Below, in pieces: positions 27,001 to 42,000 of a DNA stretch of 64,000 nucleotides. This stretch comes from an uncultured Planctomycetales bacterium (lineage in GTDB: Bacteria; Omnitrophota; Gorgyraeia; Zapsychrales; JANLHA01): contig CAZQQI010000004.1 of NCBI GenBank assembly GCA_964595465.1, positions 30,195 to 94,194 on the forward strand, given 5' to 3'. Positions within the stretch are counted from its first letter, which is position 1; every line of letters starts with the position of its first letter. A program made the position numbers and the translations under genes. The notes under the pieces were generated by a model, which saw only the letters and a program-made list of their open reading frames with translations, was not told where the DNA came from and did no database searches.

Positions 27001-30000
27001 GACGCGGAAGCGAACGGATGCGCGCAACGGAGTAGTGATTTGGGAAACATTAAGTCAGCTGGGCGCGCAAAAATATATCTGGTATCCCGCTAAAGGTGAA
27101 GTGGTGAATGTCCAGAATAATAGTGTACACACCATTGCAGGAGGAGAGACACTTGGAAGCGCGGAGGCTATTGGTGAACAGATCGCTGAGATAAGGGATG
27201 CTGGCGTGATTGATCAGTCAGTCGAGATCGAAGGGGAAGAAGTGATCGTCCGGATTCAGCTGACAAGACGAAGCGATCAACCGCTGACACTGAAAGGCAT
27301 CGATCCTGCCACGGGAGAAACAAACGCGGAGGCGTCCAGCTATAAAAATGAAATCATCCTGAAGGATTATGATGTGATCCACACATATGAAAATGGTGTT
27401 ATCGGCGAAAAGAAAGCGGATGTGATCCATCATGGTGTCATCGAACAGGAGATCCACTATGGAGATCCGCTGCAGACCGCAACGGTTCGATCTGTGATCA
27501 CAGGGCGTACAGATGAACCGCAAGAACTTGGTGGAACAGATCCGTCAACCGGAGACACTAATGCCGCGCTTTACCCCGATAAGAATGAAATAACGTTAAT
27601 TGAAACCAATACGATTCACAGGCTTAGTCGTATTGATAATGTGTCCTGGCTTATCGGAGAGCAGATTGCGCAACTGCGGCCGGCAGGGATGTTGAATGTG
27701 AACGGCCGAACGGTGCAGGTGTTTGAACGCAGTGCTTGCAATGGCGCATATGAGAAGGCGTTCGGCATCATCACGGATGTTACCCGCGAAGAAAACCGTG
27801 ATGAGATTGGTAAAGAATATATAGAATTTTATCCTACCCGATTTGAAAAACGAAAGCCGGTTGAAGGAAGGGCTCTTATCGGATTTAGAGAAGACGAGCG
27901 ACGCATAATATATCATTTTAATAAGGAATACCAGCTTGTAGGAAGAAACGAAGAAATTCTGAGCGGATCATTAAATGAAGAATATGCTCTGGGGTGGATT
28001 GTCCGATCCACTGATGCCCTTCATGCCTTACCGCAGAACCTGCCGGAAGGCTTTAGACATAATTTTGAAGCGCACTCGGTTGCGGGCGATATCTTTATTG
28101 CTGATGAACAAGATGATAGCCGTAAATTCGTACGATCCTATATTATGATGTCATCGGGTAATGAGGATAAGATTCTGGCGGAGATCACGCGAGACAGTTC
28201 TCTTACCGGCGGATATAGAGTTGAATTTGATTTTATATACAATCATCAGCGTTATGGTTTTGTATATTCTGCCAGCAAAGAAAATCAGATTTATCGTTTC
28301 AATGAACTGATCGGCTACTATGAATATGATGGCTCAAAGAAGTATATCTATACGGCGACAGAAAATGAGAATGAGTTCAAACTAGCCGGCGTCTGGTATA
28401 AAGGATCCCGCGGAGATGATACATATATGCCGGTGGAAAATTTTAGGGCGTCCGTTTTTCTGCAAGGACGGAAGATCGTTGATAAATATATTCAGAAACA
28501 GGGTGAGGGGAAACCCGACCTTCCGAAAAAGGTTGTCTATGATCAATACGGTATTCCGATCGCTACCCTGAACCGTACGACAGGGCGCCTGATTGAACTT
28601 GTTAAAATTGAGCGGAAAAATGATCGTATGGCGATCTTCGGTTTCGCGAGCGGTTTTTATACTCCTCGGCTGGAGATCTATGAGATTGGCGATATAACAC
28701 CTCTTGTTCGTGCCTGGGGATTCAGATCTCGCTCCCGTGCCTGGACCAATCGTTCAGATTTCCGTAACAGAGTTAATTCCAATATTTTTGATGCCGCGAT
28801 TCAGGAAATGCGGCAGTTGGTTAATGGCGGAAGAACTCTGGAGGGCATGGATCTTAGTGAAGTGTATGAAGAGATTCAGGACCTGCGTAAGGCGGAAGAG
28901 TTTCAAAAGGCGCTCATAGGTATTAATTTTGTCCCGGAGGGTGTCGGGTTAAGATCAGTGCCCTGGCGTAATGACAGCGAGGAAGACATTCAAACTCCGG
29001 CTCTGCCTATCAATGACGGTTGGATTCCGCAGCAGATTAAATATCATGATGACGCACACGCAGCGCTGATCCCTACCAGCCCTGAGGCGCAGTCGAAAGA
29101 ATATATCAATACTCGATCAGAGGCCGTGATATTACGAGCGCTCTTACGTATGGGCCGTTATCAGGACGTTGCCCGCGCACTTCGTTTCTACGCTATTATG
29201 ACCAGTGACGGGACAGAAAATGTTAAGAACTCTTACCATGCGCCGTCCGGAGAGCCGCTTGAGCAAGTCTTCGGTTACACCAAGCCGTCATATGCCGCTT
29301 CAAAAGCGGGCTCTTCTATTGCAGTCGCAGAGGTTGCCTGGGAATACGCTTTGGTCACGGGTGACAGATCTGCGGCTGAACTGGCAAAAAATATTCTTGA
29401 AAAACTGATCCGGGATTATCATTCACAGCATCTTGATTACGGTATACGCAATGTTCCATCAGAAGGCGACAAGAAAGTTCTGAATGGGACCGTTATGTGG
29501 CCGGAACCGGAGTATATGGATACCACAGATAATGTGTCTTTTTACCTCTTATTGGAAAAAATGTCCAGGACCGGAGAGGGATTTAAGAAAAGACCATTTA
29601 AGCAGATGGTTGAGAACCTGAAAGCGTCTCAGGAACAATGGATAGATAACTATCTTAAGCCAAGATTTCAGCGTGAAGGAGTTGTTACCTCGGGCATCTT
29701 TGAGATCCAGGAAGTTGTGCCGGAATATTCAACAAATGATCAAAAAACGCTTTATGGCGAAACGCCATCTGTTACCCCGCAAGACGTCCTTCTTTATATT
29801 GAAGCGCAATTAAAGCGGAAGACTATGACTCGCTTAGAAGCAAAACAGGCATTGGATCAGGTTGTCACATATTTCGGTGTTGAGGTCGAAGGGCTGCATG
29901 GTCTTGATTATAGTCTCCCGATGGCCCGTCAAGATGTTATTTCTACAGAAATTACGGGTGAGTTTATTTCAGTCGCAGAGAAGGCGGGCTATGATGAGGC

Positions 30001-33000
30001 TGCAAATTTCTATAGATCTCAATTGGGCAAAATGGTGAAAGACGGGGCTTTGCCGGAAGTGATCGTTCCTGAGTTTAAAGATTTCAACATGAGCCGGATC
30101 GCGACGGGTCATGATAATCAATTCGTCGCGCGGGCAGTCGAAGGCGAATGGCCGCGTTCTCCGCTGGCAGCGGCTTATGTCAAGCTGGATCAGATCGAAA
30201 ATCAGCCTGAACCAGGCGCGGATGATTTAAGAGATCTTCCAGCCATCCAGGCGCCGCAGCAATGGCTGAACAGCAGTCAGATCTTCTGGGCCATCATGGT
30301 CATAGGTTTATTCCTGACGACCATCATTGTGCCGCTGATAGGATATGTCGTCTGGAGACAGTATCGCCGTAAGGCTAAAAATGAAAATCCGATGAAAAAT
30401 GATGAGGCGGAGAAAAAGCTTCTGCTTAAAGAAGCTCATGCCAAGGAAGTTGAGGAACGCTGGGCGCTTAAGATCTTGAGAAAGATTATGGTGACGTCAA
30501 TCCATCAGAAGAAAGGTCAGTATGTTGAGGATGACGACGCAGAGGCTCGTGAGATTGCGGCTGAAGGTGTTGATACCGTGATCGGTTCCGGAGCACTGGA
30601 GATCAACTTTGACACACAGGTGCGTGAGATCTATAAGCTGATCGCGGCCTGGCAGTTAAGAGAAAAGAATAAATATTCGGAGGATGTAGAACAGGTGCGG
30701 AGATTTTTAAGCGGTGACGGCAATGCTGTTTTGAACGCCATGGATGAGTTTTTCTTGGCGGTTTCCTTCTTCGCCCGCCGCGTTATTAAAGAAGGAAATA
30801 AGGACGGCGGTGGAGATCAGGATTGGATCGCGAGGATCTTCGGGAAAGGAGCTGAAAACCCGACCTTTGACAGTAATCATATCTGGTCCCGCCTGATGAT
30901 CTATTTCAATCCGTATGTGCACCGTCTGAGACGTCTGCTCGCTGAGTATGATGCTGCCTTGGAAGACATGCAAGAAATCAAACGGATCAGCCGGAGCATC
31001 CGCAAGGTCTTGACCGATATGGGCATGCGGTCGCCGGATAAAAACAGCGCACCTTCGCTGCAGAGACCATATTCCTTCGATTATGACGGCAGTGATATTG
31101 TGATACAGGTGCCTGCAGGCTATGAAGTAGTCTTAATAAAGCATATTTATGGGGTCAAGGACGATGCAATCGATGAGAACGAAGAAGGGAATTATATGGT
31201 TCGTAAGGGCGATGATACCGCTATCGTCAGACATCACAAGGATAATAATGGGCGCAATGTGTTGATTTATGCAGAGCCGGAACAAGATGTGGTGTTGACG
31301 CCTCTGCAGCGCTTGAACCTTATACAGAATGTCATTCAGAATAATGTCCGGACAGAAGATGAGCTGAGGGCCATAAAGCTGATCTTAGGGAAAGGCATCA
31401 CAGCAGCTATCAATACAGGGAAGAATAGTTTTGATGGTTATTATATCGTTGAGGATTTGAGCCTTCAGGATGTGATGACGTTAATCGCTAAATTGATGCG
31501 CAGAGACAACGTATCGGAAATGGCGTATGACGAAGAGGAAAATCCTGTTCTTAAGGAATTTATTGATAAATTCTATGCCTTCAATCAGCGTGAACAGGTT
31601 AAGCCGCGACATGTCTGGTCTCTGGAGATGTCCAAGGCGTTCCCGTATCTGATGAGCGCGCTGACAGCGGCGGTGGTAGCCTTTGATGCCGTATTCAGCC
31701 GTGGGCAATTGATCCCGCAGATCGTGAAAAGGATCGCGCCTGTACTGGTCACGAGCCCGCTGTTTATCCTGGGAGCGGTCTTTGTTGGGGTGTCTATACT
31801 GTTATACGCGATTCAAAAGCTCATCATTGAACCATATCGGTACGCCAGACCGGATATAAGCAGTTCCCAACTGAAAAAAGGCATTAGCTGGAATTGGAAG
31901 CTGTGGGAATATGCACGCAATCTCCTTCGTCTCGCGGGTGTCATTGGTATGCTGTTCGCTATAAGCGGGCTTTCTACCACCGGTGCGGCGCAGACGTTGT
32001 TGGTGCATTATATTCTGCCTATTCCGTTGGTTATGGAGGCCTTCGGCATCGTTTATCCGGTCAGTCAGACCTTTTTAAGCCGTCTGACACGTGCTCTTCA
32101 TCGCCGTTGGCCGACGCCTGCCTCATCTCTGAAAAAGCACAAACAGATGAAGTTTATTGGTGTGATTTTGTTTCTGGGCGGTCTGATCAGCATGATGGCC
32201 CTGCCGGCCATGATCGCTTCAATTATAACCGGGGTTGGTGTCGCGGTATTGTTGGCTGAGCGCACTCTGCTGAATTCGATCAATTTCTTTGAGTCCCGCC
32301 CGTCTTCAGTCATTGCGGACTCATTCAAGTATCATTTTAACCTGGCCGCACCGTCAGGGGATCTATGGGGACGGGGCGCGATGAAGCTGAACTACATACT
32401 GATGACGTTAGGGTTCGCGGCCCTTGCCTTTTATGTTATGGGGTCTCCGGTCCTGGGTGGCTGGTTCTACACACATTATTTGATCGACGCTGCAATGATC
32501 AAGACAGTGATGGCTTCCGGTTTTCTGATTATGGCCTTCCTTCTTTCTAGGATGGCTCTCTACAATGTTATGATCTCAATTATCCGTTCGTTCGTTCTTA
32601 TGCCGGTTAAATTCATCGCTACTCTGTATGCTGTTCTGTCTTTCGCGTTCCCTGAATTGTTCGCGTTCCATTGGGCTGTGAGTTGGGCGATCGCCGCCGG
32701 TCTGATGATCGCTGGGCGGTTTGTTGATCCGCTGATCCACAAAGCGTATTATGCGCTGGAACGCAAACTGGTGGAATGGCGTTTTGACATCGCTAGCGAC
32801 CGGAAGAAATTAGCAAGGGTCTTAATGCCGAAAGAGAACGGAGTGACAAAATACTTGAACGTGGCCAGGGCCTGGCTGGCTGAATTACTTGCGCCGCAGG
32901 CCGCCCAACGAAAAATCGGCATTGTTATGATGGGCGGAGATGCTCTAGGCACGCTTGGTCGTTTAAAGAACGGACTTTCCCGCAGCCGTTGGGATTGGCT

Positions 33001-36000
33001 GCGTCAGCGCAAATCAAAGGCCTTGCAAGCTTACATGGCCGGCATTCATTTTGATGAACATCTGGGAGAAGAAGAGATCGATCAGACCATTAAGCAATGG
33101 CTTGAATTGCTGCACCTTTATGAATATTGGTCCAAGGTCACCTTGTTCCATGAATCTCAGCTGGTTGAGGATGCTGTGAAAGGGACGTTGCCGGAGCAGT
33201 ATGAGCGTGAGAAAGATGGTACCCCGAAAGCCAAGGAGAATCCGAACATTGATGATGAAAACCTGAATGTTTATATTTTTCCGGGAGATCGCGAAAAGAT
33301 TCTGCATGCGTTTCAGATCCGCCGTTACTTGATCTCTATGATGTCTTCCGGCGGGCAGTCTCAGGATACCGGGGTCACGCTTGTGGATATGGCCTTGGCC
33401 TTTAAAGATAAAGGCCTGGCGGGATCTGTTGTTTTTAATATGCTGGCTAATAAATTTAACGATGCCTCTGCTATACCCACGGAAGAAAAGTTTTCTTGGG
33501 ATGCGGACTTCGGGCAGAGAAGAAAGCTCGCGCAGCTGATCTATCAAAAGACCGGTATTAAAAGTAATATTATCCATGATTGGACACCGTTCGGTGCTAA
33601 AGCAACGGCCATGACCGGGGCCGATATGACTCGGGATGCCACGGATTATGATTTTAATGTGATTATGGATCGCAATGCCTGTGTGCAACAGGTAGATAAT
33701 TTGATATTTGATGTTAAGCGTGCCATTACCGATCCCGATACGGTCATTATTGTAACCGGTCGTGGGACGACGAACACCTTTATGCCCATGGGGCAGGGGT
33801 CTCAGAATATTGAGGAAGGCCATCGTGCTTATGTGGTCGGCGTTATGGCGTTCGGCGGCTCCGCCGGGGAAGCCGTTGGAACAGGATGGGGGAATATCCT
33901 GCGCAACCTCTACTGGGAAACTCAGATGGCTGGACTGAATCCGGATTTCCCGTATCGTGCGTTGACCCCGGATGCCCGCCGTCTGCAGAAGGGCTTCTGG
34001 AATCGTCTGATGTCCAATACGTTTGGGATGATCGGGTTCAATCCCAACGCTGTCGGGATCAGTGAGGATATTTGGGCAGTTCAGCAACAGGCACATTCTA
34101 CGATCGCACTTGGCGGTATCCCGAAATTCCGCCGTTCTCGTGCGTTTTGGCATAAGATCCGTGAATCCTGGTCTCAGACAGACTGGCTCGCGGCCATGCC
34201 GCGCTGGGCCGGTGGTTATCCGCAGAAGATGGGCGACTGGATCATGCAGGAGATCATGGATATGGGGCCGTTGTCCTTGCAGGCCAAAGAGATCCGGGCG
34301 CATGGCGGCCGCTTCTTCCTTTATGCCAAGATCGGCCTTTTGAATATCCTCTTGACCGCGCCGGCTATCAAACTCGGCATTCTTCCTTTTGTCGGGATCA
34401 ATGTAATCCTTTGGTTGCTGGGTTTTATTTTTAACCAGGTTTTGACTATTAACGGTTTATTGGCTCATATGGAAGGGCACGGGTTCCATACTGTTCCCGC
34501 TGTGATCGGTGCTGTGGGTGGCGGAATCCTGAGCGCGGGGAATCCTGCCGGAGCCTTGATCGGTTTTGTTATAGGAGGGTATATTACTGCCATCGGGCAG
34601 TGGGTCAAGACCCGCGGGCGCGATATGTTGTTATTCGCGAATTTGATCGCCATCCATGTTCTTGGACAGACCATGCGTCAGACGCTGGAGTTTATCCCCT
34701 CTAAGGGTTCTGCCACCGATCACGAGACGGTGGACATGAGAATGATCATGACAAAGTCAGAAAAAGATTTTATCAATACGCGTACGATTGCCTTGATGGG
34801 GCTGATATTGTTCGGGTTGAATGTTTGGGCGCTGATGAGCTTGGATATGCTCAACGTTATTCTGCTTTTCCCGAGCCTGATGTTTAATTTGGGCCTGATT
34901 ATCGGGCCGTTTGTGGAGAAAACGAAAGAGGGGCAGGCTTGTCATCCGGTTCTGGAATTTATCGTTCAGTCATCAGGATGGGTTGTTGCAGGCGTGTTCT
35001 GCCTTCTCGCGACAGCGCTTTTCGGACTGGGCTTGGGTGGCGCGTATTTGGGATCAGCTCTTGTCGTTTATACCGGCTTGGTTCTTTTAGGTTGGGTATC
35101 GAAAAAGGATGTTCAAGAAAAGGGCTGGCGCTGGAACGGATATTCAGTGTTGTATTTTATCGGCTATCCTGCAATTGAATCTATAGATTGGATATTCTCA
35201 AAGATTCAGGGTCAAAGATCACGGAGACTATCTTCTGAATTTGCCCGGCATTTTGTGATTGGCTTATTTGTTCTTTTCTGGTTTTTTATCGTTCCCGTCC
35301 CGGGGGTCTTGATGCTGGAAGCAGGGGCTTATCGAATCATGATGACCCTGTCGTCGTTAATGAGTGATATTGCCACAGCCGTGGTTTTTGTGGTCATAAC
35401 CGCTGCGCTCGGATCTTTGGTGGCCTGGGCGTTACGCCATGATTTTGGTCTCCAGAGGATCAAATCTATGCTCCGCGAGAAGAAGGGAAGCCATATTCGG
35501 TTTTCTGCACTTTACCGCGAGTATTCTCGGCAGGATATGGATGAGTTGCATCATGCGAAGACCGCAGCAGCCTTTAACGATGCCGCCGAGTTTATTGAAC
35601 AGGATCATGAGCAGTTTGCTCAAGACGCTTTGGATTATATAGAAGGACTGTTAGGGGATCATTATAAGGTAAAAATTATTGAAGGGATTAATGCCGATAG
35701 AGTCCATTCTATGCCTGCGGAAAACGGCTACGACCTACGCGTCAGCGATGTCCAGATCCCCGAACAATACCAGCCGGCGGTGGAAGCATCCTTACGCAAA
35801 ATGCTTCAGGAAGGCGCGATCCTGATCAAGGCGGTTGACGCTGAAGGGCAAGAGATCACCATCCCCGCCGATCAGATCACCATCCGCTTCTCCAGTGTGC
35901 ACTTTATTATCGAACACAAAGAATCGCTGACCGATATTCGCGTTGAAATAAAAGAGGGCAAAGAAATCCTCCCGGAACAGCCCGCGGCTCTCGAAACCAA

Positions 36001-39000
36001 GCCCGCCGTTGTTGCAGCAAAGCCGCAAAAGATCGAGCCGCCCGCCGCCAAGGTCCGTAAGATCAATGCGAAATTACGCGATAATTATGATGTTCAGACC
36101 GGTCAGCGTATGTTCGCTGATAATGATAAAATGCAGGCCATGCGCGCGATGTTTCCCCAGGATGAGAACGGTGAACGCCGGGCTATTAAGACCGATATTT
36201 ATTCTATTTCGATTCGTGAGCTGCCCGAAGCCTTGAAAGCTTTCTTGTTCAAGGCGGCCGAAGACTGGGTGAATGTTTTCAAAAACACATCTGAGGAAGT
36301 TGAGTTCTTCCTGCCTGCTGAAAACACCTATCATATCAGTATTGCTGTGCCGCAGGACCTGGCCGCGGATCCGGACCATACCGGTGTCCTGGGGCATCCT
36401 GATGATGCGTTAACTTCTGAACAGATCATTGATGCTGCCCGTGCTCTGCGTGACATTGTGAGGCAGACAGGCATCATTACGCTGCGGCCGGTTGGTATCC
36501 GTATCGGCACAGACGGAGGCCTGGTCTTCGCTTTTGAATATGATGACCAACTGCAGATGCTTAAAGAAAAATCTATCGCAGCGGTACAGAAGGCCACTAA
36601 CGGTAAATATACCGGCCGCGCCAAGCCGCTGGTTCTGGTCACTATAGCGCGTACGTTGAGCAACCCCGTCGTTACAGCAGACCTTAAGACCGCGGTTGAA
36701 GCATTCGCCGGGACATATAGCACGGTTACTCTGCAGGACCTTGACCTGCCGGCACCTATTATTATTGATTCGGTCTATTTTTCTCATGAGACCCGCTGGA
36801 TGGATACGGAATTCGACTTGGAAGAAAAGTTACTGCTGGGTCAGGATAATCCGGACTTTGTTTCCCGTGTGGGGTGTGCCGCCGGAGCGCAGGGGTCAGA
36901 TCAGGCAGAAGAAACCGTTCAGCCTAAGAGGTCCTCATCACACAAAAAGGCTGAAGAACCGCAGAAGATATCCGAAGAGATCAGCAGATTACTCGGGACA
37001 TATAAGAATATTCCGGGCGTTGAGAAAGTGCGTAAAGCCTTGAATAATCCTTCGGAAAGACCGCTCGCCGAGCTGATCTTGCGAACAGCGCAGGCGCTTG
37101 AAGAAGATGGCGCCGTGATCAAGGCGTTTGAGGCGCGTCTTAAGGTGGCGTTAGATGAAGATGAGAGGACTGGCGAAGCACATAAGCGAACAGGCATTGA
37201 CGCGGATCTTATTGTCGTGTTCGGTGAAAATGACCAGAGCCGGGAATATCTGGTTGAAGTCAAGGGCACGCCGGCATCAGCGGCAGATTTCATTGAAACG
37301 TATTTTTATCAGCAACGCCGGACATTTGACCAGCCTGAAAGATATGAGGTTGTCTCCCGCAAATTAGAGTATGCCGGCGTGATCCTGGCTGTGCGCAAAG
37401 GCGACAACACCTATCCTGTGAGAGAGATCACAGCGATCCCGTCGCAGCCGGGATTTTTTATCTATCCGGTGGGAACCAAAAAACAGATCGCGGCCATGCA
37501 CCACCCCGCAGCAGAACGCACATTGGATTATGATGCTCCGGCCGTAAAGAAGATCGGTAAGGGATTATATGTGTCCTTAATGACCTTTGGTCTGCTGGCC
37601 CTTATCAGCCGTGTGTTCGATCTGGAAATTGTTTTCTACGTCAGCCTGTCTGTGTTGGGTGTGAGTCTGCTGGCTGCGGTGATCCTTCCTTATATATTCG
37701 TACGCAGAGGAGATGGTGCAGAAAGGGCGGATCGGCCTGCTACAGGAGATAACCGTGTTGATAGTACGCCAGAAAAGCCTGCTCAGTGCGTAGAAAGAAC
37801 AGTGCAATTACCGATGCGTGATTATGTGAAAACGAATGATGCCGATGAACAGGACGAGCCCGAACCTCAGCGCATTATCATCAAACGCTCTTGGACATTA
37901 TCCCAGGTCTGGTTCTGGGGCGCGATCGCGGTGACCCTTTTCGGCGCGTATAAAGGGGATCACAAGATCATTGATACCGGCTTCGGCTGTTTTATGATCT
38001 ACCTTGGCATTGTCATTGTGAAAAAGATCATGGCTGTTTTCATTTCGCGAAGAGACAGGCTTTTAGATAAGGCTGCCGCAGACCAAGGCTCAAAGATAGA
38101 AGACGAAGGTCAGGAGATGATGGGCACAAAGTATCCTGCCGTCTTCGGCGCTGAGGAGAAGGCGGACGAGATCTTTTTTGAGACCCTGGAAGAGGTCGGG
38201 GACATGTTAGAGATCATGCGGGTGCGTGTGCAGAAGGCTGAAGAGGTTTATGCCCGGATCGAGCAGACGAAGATAGAGGAAGAGGAGGATAAGGTTCTGG
38301 ATCTTGTTTCTTCTTTAATCGGGGCTGAGGAAGCTCACCGGGCGTTTAAGGATAAAATAAAGGTCCTGAGCAAAGAGATCCATGCCGGGGAATTGGAAGG
38401 ACATTCGGTTACTGCGGGAGTTGAGGATGCCCGCGATATGCGAAGCCATGCGATGTATGTTTTGAAGAATTCTTCAGCTGTTTTAAATAAGCTGGCGCAG
38501 AAGGCGCTGGGATTTATTGTTCAGGTTGAAGATAACCAGAGAGAGATCGCCCGGGCATTTTACGATCTTGATGGAAAAAACGGCAAAGATTTTGAGGAGC
38601 ATTACAGAGACACTAGAAGTTTTGCCGGGATAATAGAATTGCTGCATGAATTCATGAGGGCTAAAACACAACCTCGGAAAACGCTTGATGTGAGAACCGC
38701 CGGCACCGAACCGTCGCCTTCTTCATCGAACAATATCGCAGATGACCAGGCAGCAGGACTGCTTTCCTCCATTCAAGACGGCATGCTAAGAATAGAGTCA
38801 GCGATGAAAACTATTCGGTGGAAATATGAGCAGGCAGAAAAGAATACTGAGCAGGACTATGTTGAACGCTTAGCGCTGGCTTTAATGAGAGGGCAATGTG
38901 AGCTCAACGTTCTTAACCAGGCGCTGAAAAACGGCAAACATTATCTTCATGTGGCAGAGCAGAATAAACGGGATGAATTCGACGAAACAACAGCGCGCAC

Positions 39001-42000
39001 CTTAGCTCAGGTTAAACGAGTATGGGAACAAGCACGGCAGACGCTCATGGAGGCACAGCAAGAGGTAAGCAAGATCGCGATTAATGTACGGGGAATGATG
39101 TATGCGGTCAATGCTAAGTTGGCAGAAGTGCAGCGAGAATTGCAAAAATTGGCAGGCCAGCAAGCGTCTGATATGAATAAAAAACAGAGCCCGTCAGTCT
39201 TTTCTAAAGAGCTGGAAGAGATCATTACGGACATGTCCCGTGGTATTCGTGATGTCCGCAATGGTGTTGATATCCATGACGTAAACTCAAGTCAGGCCAG
39301 GGATTTAAGGCAGAGTGAGCATCGTTCCCGCTCCGGCATCGTCTCTATCTTGATGCTCACGATTTTATCCAGTATTTCTATCTTCGTGCTGTTTCCTTTA
39401 GCGATGGTTATTTTAATATTATTAGCAATTGCGGTTGTAGTGACATGTAATTATGGGACTAATAGGATTATTGAAGAAATTTACGAAATATCCCGGGATC
39501 TCCCGACAAGGACAAGAGGTGCGCGATTTAATGCCTGGTTCTCCCATTTATTCAAACGAGATCAAAGAAATCACGCTGCGTTTGTCCGCGTATTTCACAA
39601 TCTTATCCAGGAGATAGCCGATTGTGATGAACAACTTCAACGCGAACTTGAACGGTACCAAGATAATAATGAATTGTCCTATAGTGAGAAGGCCGCGCTA
39701 TACGATCAAAGCGTTGTTCTTCTGTGCAAGGCGCATCAGTCTATTTCCTTTATAAGAGAAAAAATTTATATTCGAAAAATGTATGAGAGAAAGAGAAGTA
39801 AACTGGGTGAGCTCAATCAGTTTGAAGTAAAGCTCTTAGTTTTGACAGAAAGTATAGATGCAAAAGAGCGGCTTGTGAAGAAATTGCTGGATACGACAAA
39901 GCTTGGAGAAAAGGGAATAGAGAGTTCAGACATGGATTCGGTTCTGGCTATTCTCACGAGCGCACAAGATTTTATCCTGCGCAATCAGAAAGAGGATGCG
40001 ATAAAAGTTTTGAGAACAGCTATAGATCTGGGGATGCATGATCCCAGAGTATATGTTATGTTGGGCGATGTTCTCTATGAAAGTTTAAAATTAAACGCGG
40101 CTATAGATACGTATCAAGCGGGTCTGGATAATGTCGATAAAACGCATGAATTTTATGACATAATCGCGCTTAGTTTCGCCAGTATTCTGGATGATCTGGG
40201 CCGTTTTGATGAAGCCGAGGATGTTATTAGAGAAGCGCTGTCAATAGACAGATACAACTCTGCCTTGTGGGTTTGTCATATAGCGATCTTGAAGCGCAAA
40301 GGCTGGTATGCTGAAGCTTTACTGCAATGTCATATAGCCGAAAAATTCATTAATCCTTCTGATTCAGCAGAGATTAAAGAGCTGATTTCCGAATTGACCG
40401 ATCTCTTAGACAGCGAAGAAGATTCTTTTTCACGTAGCAACCGCATCGATTTGACGGATGTGCAAAAAACAGACGGAGCGGCTGTTATTTTGCATTATAT
40501 AGATGAATTGCGTGAATATAAGTCTGTCGAAGAAGAATATTTGAGTGCCGTCAAAGAGAACATGAACCGCGAGAAATTGTCTGTCCTGACCGAGAATGTT
40601 GACGCGGTCAAAGTTGTTTATGGTACACAGGACCTGTTTTATGAGTTGGCGCTGGTCTTAGAACAGAAGGTCAATGCCTTCAACCGGACGGATCGGAAAA
40701 CCGGACAATTGTGGATCGTCATTAATCCTGATTTAAGGCCCATGGAAATTAAGCAGGCCATCGTTCATGAATTAGGCGCCATATTCGGGCTGCGGCATGA
40801 GGACAATTATGATCTGGAGCGATCATTGCTGAGTTCACAGTCCGAAAATCCCCTACATACAGCCCACTTAAATCGTATTCGTCGGCAGATCCATACGATC
40901 ATTCAGAAACGCAAGAACGGCGAGAGAGTCCTTAATCGTGATCCGTTTTCTTCTGGCCCAGCGGATGAGGAAGCACCTGCCGAATTGGTCTTCAAAGGCA
41001 ACTGCTGCGCCCTGCACCGTATTGTCGAAGGTGTGACCCTGCGGCTGGAAAACCCTGATATTCGGGACAGCGATCGTTATATTGGAAATGAGGAGGATCC
41101 TGACGCGGCGCGGCGGCGTGAGATCGCCAAGTTCAACCAGGTTGTCGAGTCCTGGAAGAATGTCCTGAACGAGACCAAACAGGCCTTTTCCGAAAATCGC
41201 GAAATTCAGGCGTTTGCAGACAGTGTGGTCTTCCTTATGGAGCTTGAGCAGATGGTTCGTCCTCTGATCGCTGAGCAGGACGCGGCAACAGGACGCCGTC
41301 TGACGGCGATCGGAGCTGCCGAGCAATCGATCCCTCAGCTGCACATGACAGCAAGGAATATGTTTGCAGATAATGCCCATATGCGGAATAAGGCGTTAGA
41401 GTTTATAGACGGGTTATCCGCCATTCTGGTAGACCTCATGCATCCCGAATATTTACGCGCTATGAATGATCTTGATGATCTTACGGATCAGCCTGATGTT
41501 GTACTTCTGCTGCCGGAGATCTCTCCTCTGCAGCTGTTAATGTACGCTCAAAAGTATAATCTGGCGGCAATTGTTCCGGAGAAAGGAACCGCCACGGCCC
41601 ATGCCGCGATTCTTGCCCGCGCTTTCGGCCTGGTCACGCTCACCGGCGCGTATTTGGATGGGGATATCCATAAAGGGTCTGCCTATCAGCTGCTGAAGGG
41701 TGAAGAACCTGTGGTCATCAATGTCCATGGCGGTAAGATGAGAGTTTTCCCCACGCAGAAATCTTTAGACAAATACCGGTATTATCACCGCCGCATTGAA
41801 CAAACCCGCAAGAAAGCGCAGGCCGAGATTGCAGAGACGCTCAAAACAGCTGATGGTGTAGCTATGCAGCTTGCCGTGAACAACGATGATCACCGCCACA
41901 CCCGGCAGACCTGCAGTATGATCGGACAGGCGGATCTTTACGGGATCGGGCTGGACCGTTTTGAATTTCTGATCATGGAATTAGCTATGGGAAATTGGAA

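Noticed and set aside
33014-34303. 429 aa minus-strand ORF (and other long antisense ORFs, e.g. 4340-5212, 6998-7945, 44030-44827, 59974-60639)
   Set aside because: Antisense shadows of the giant frame; no SD or recognisable motifs, while the + frame has clear domains
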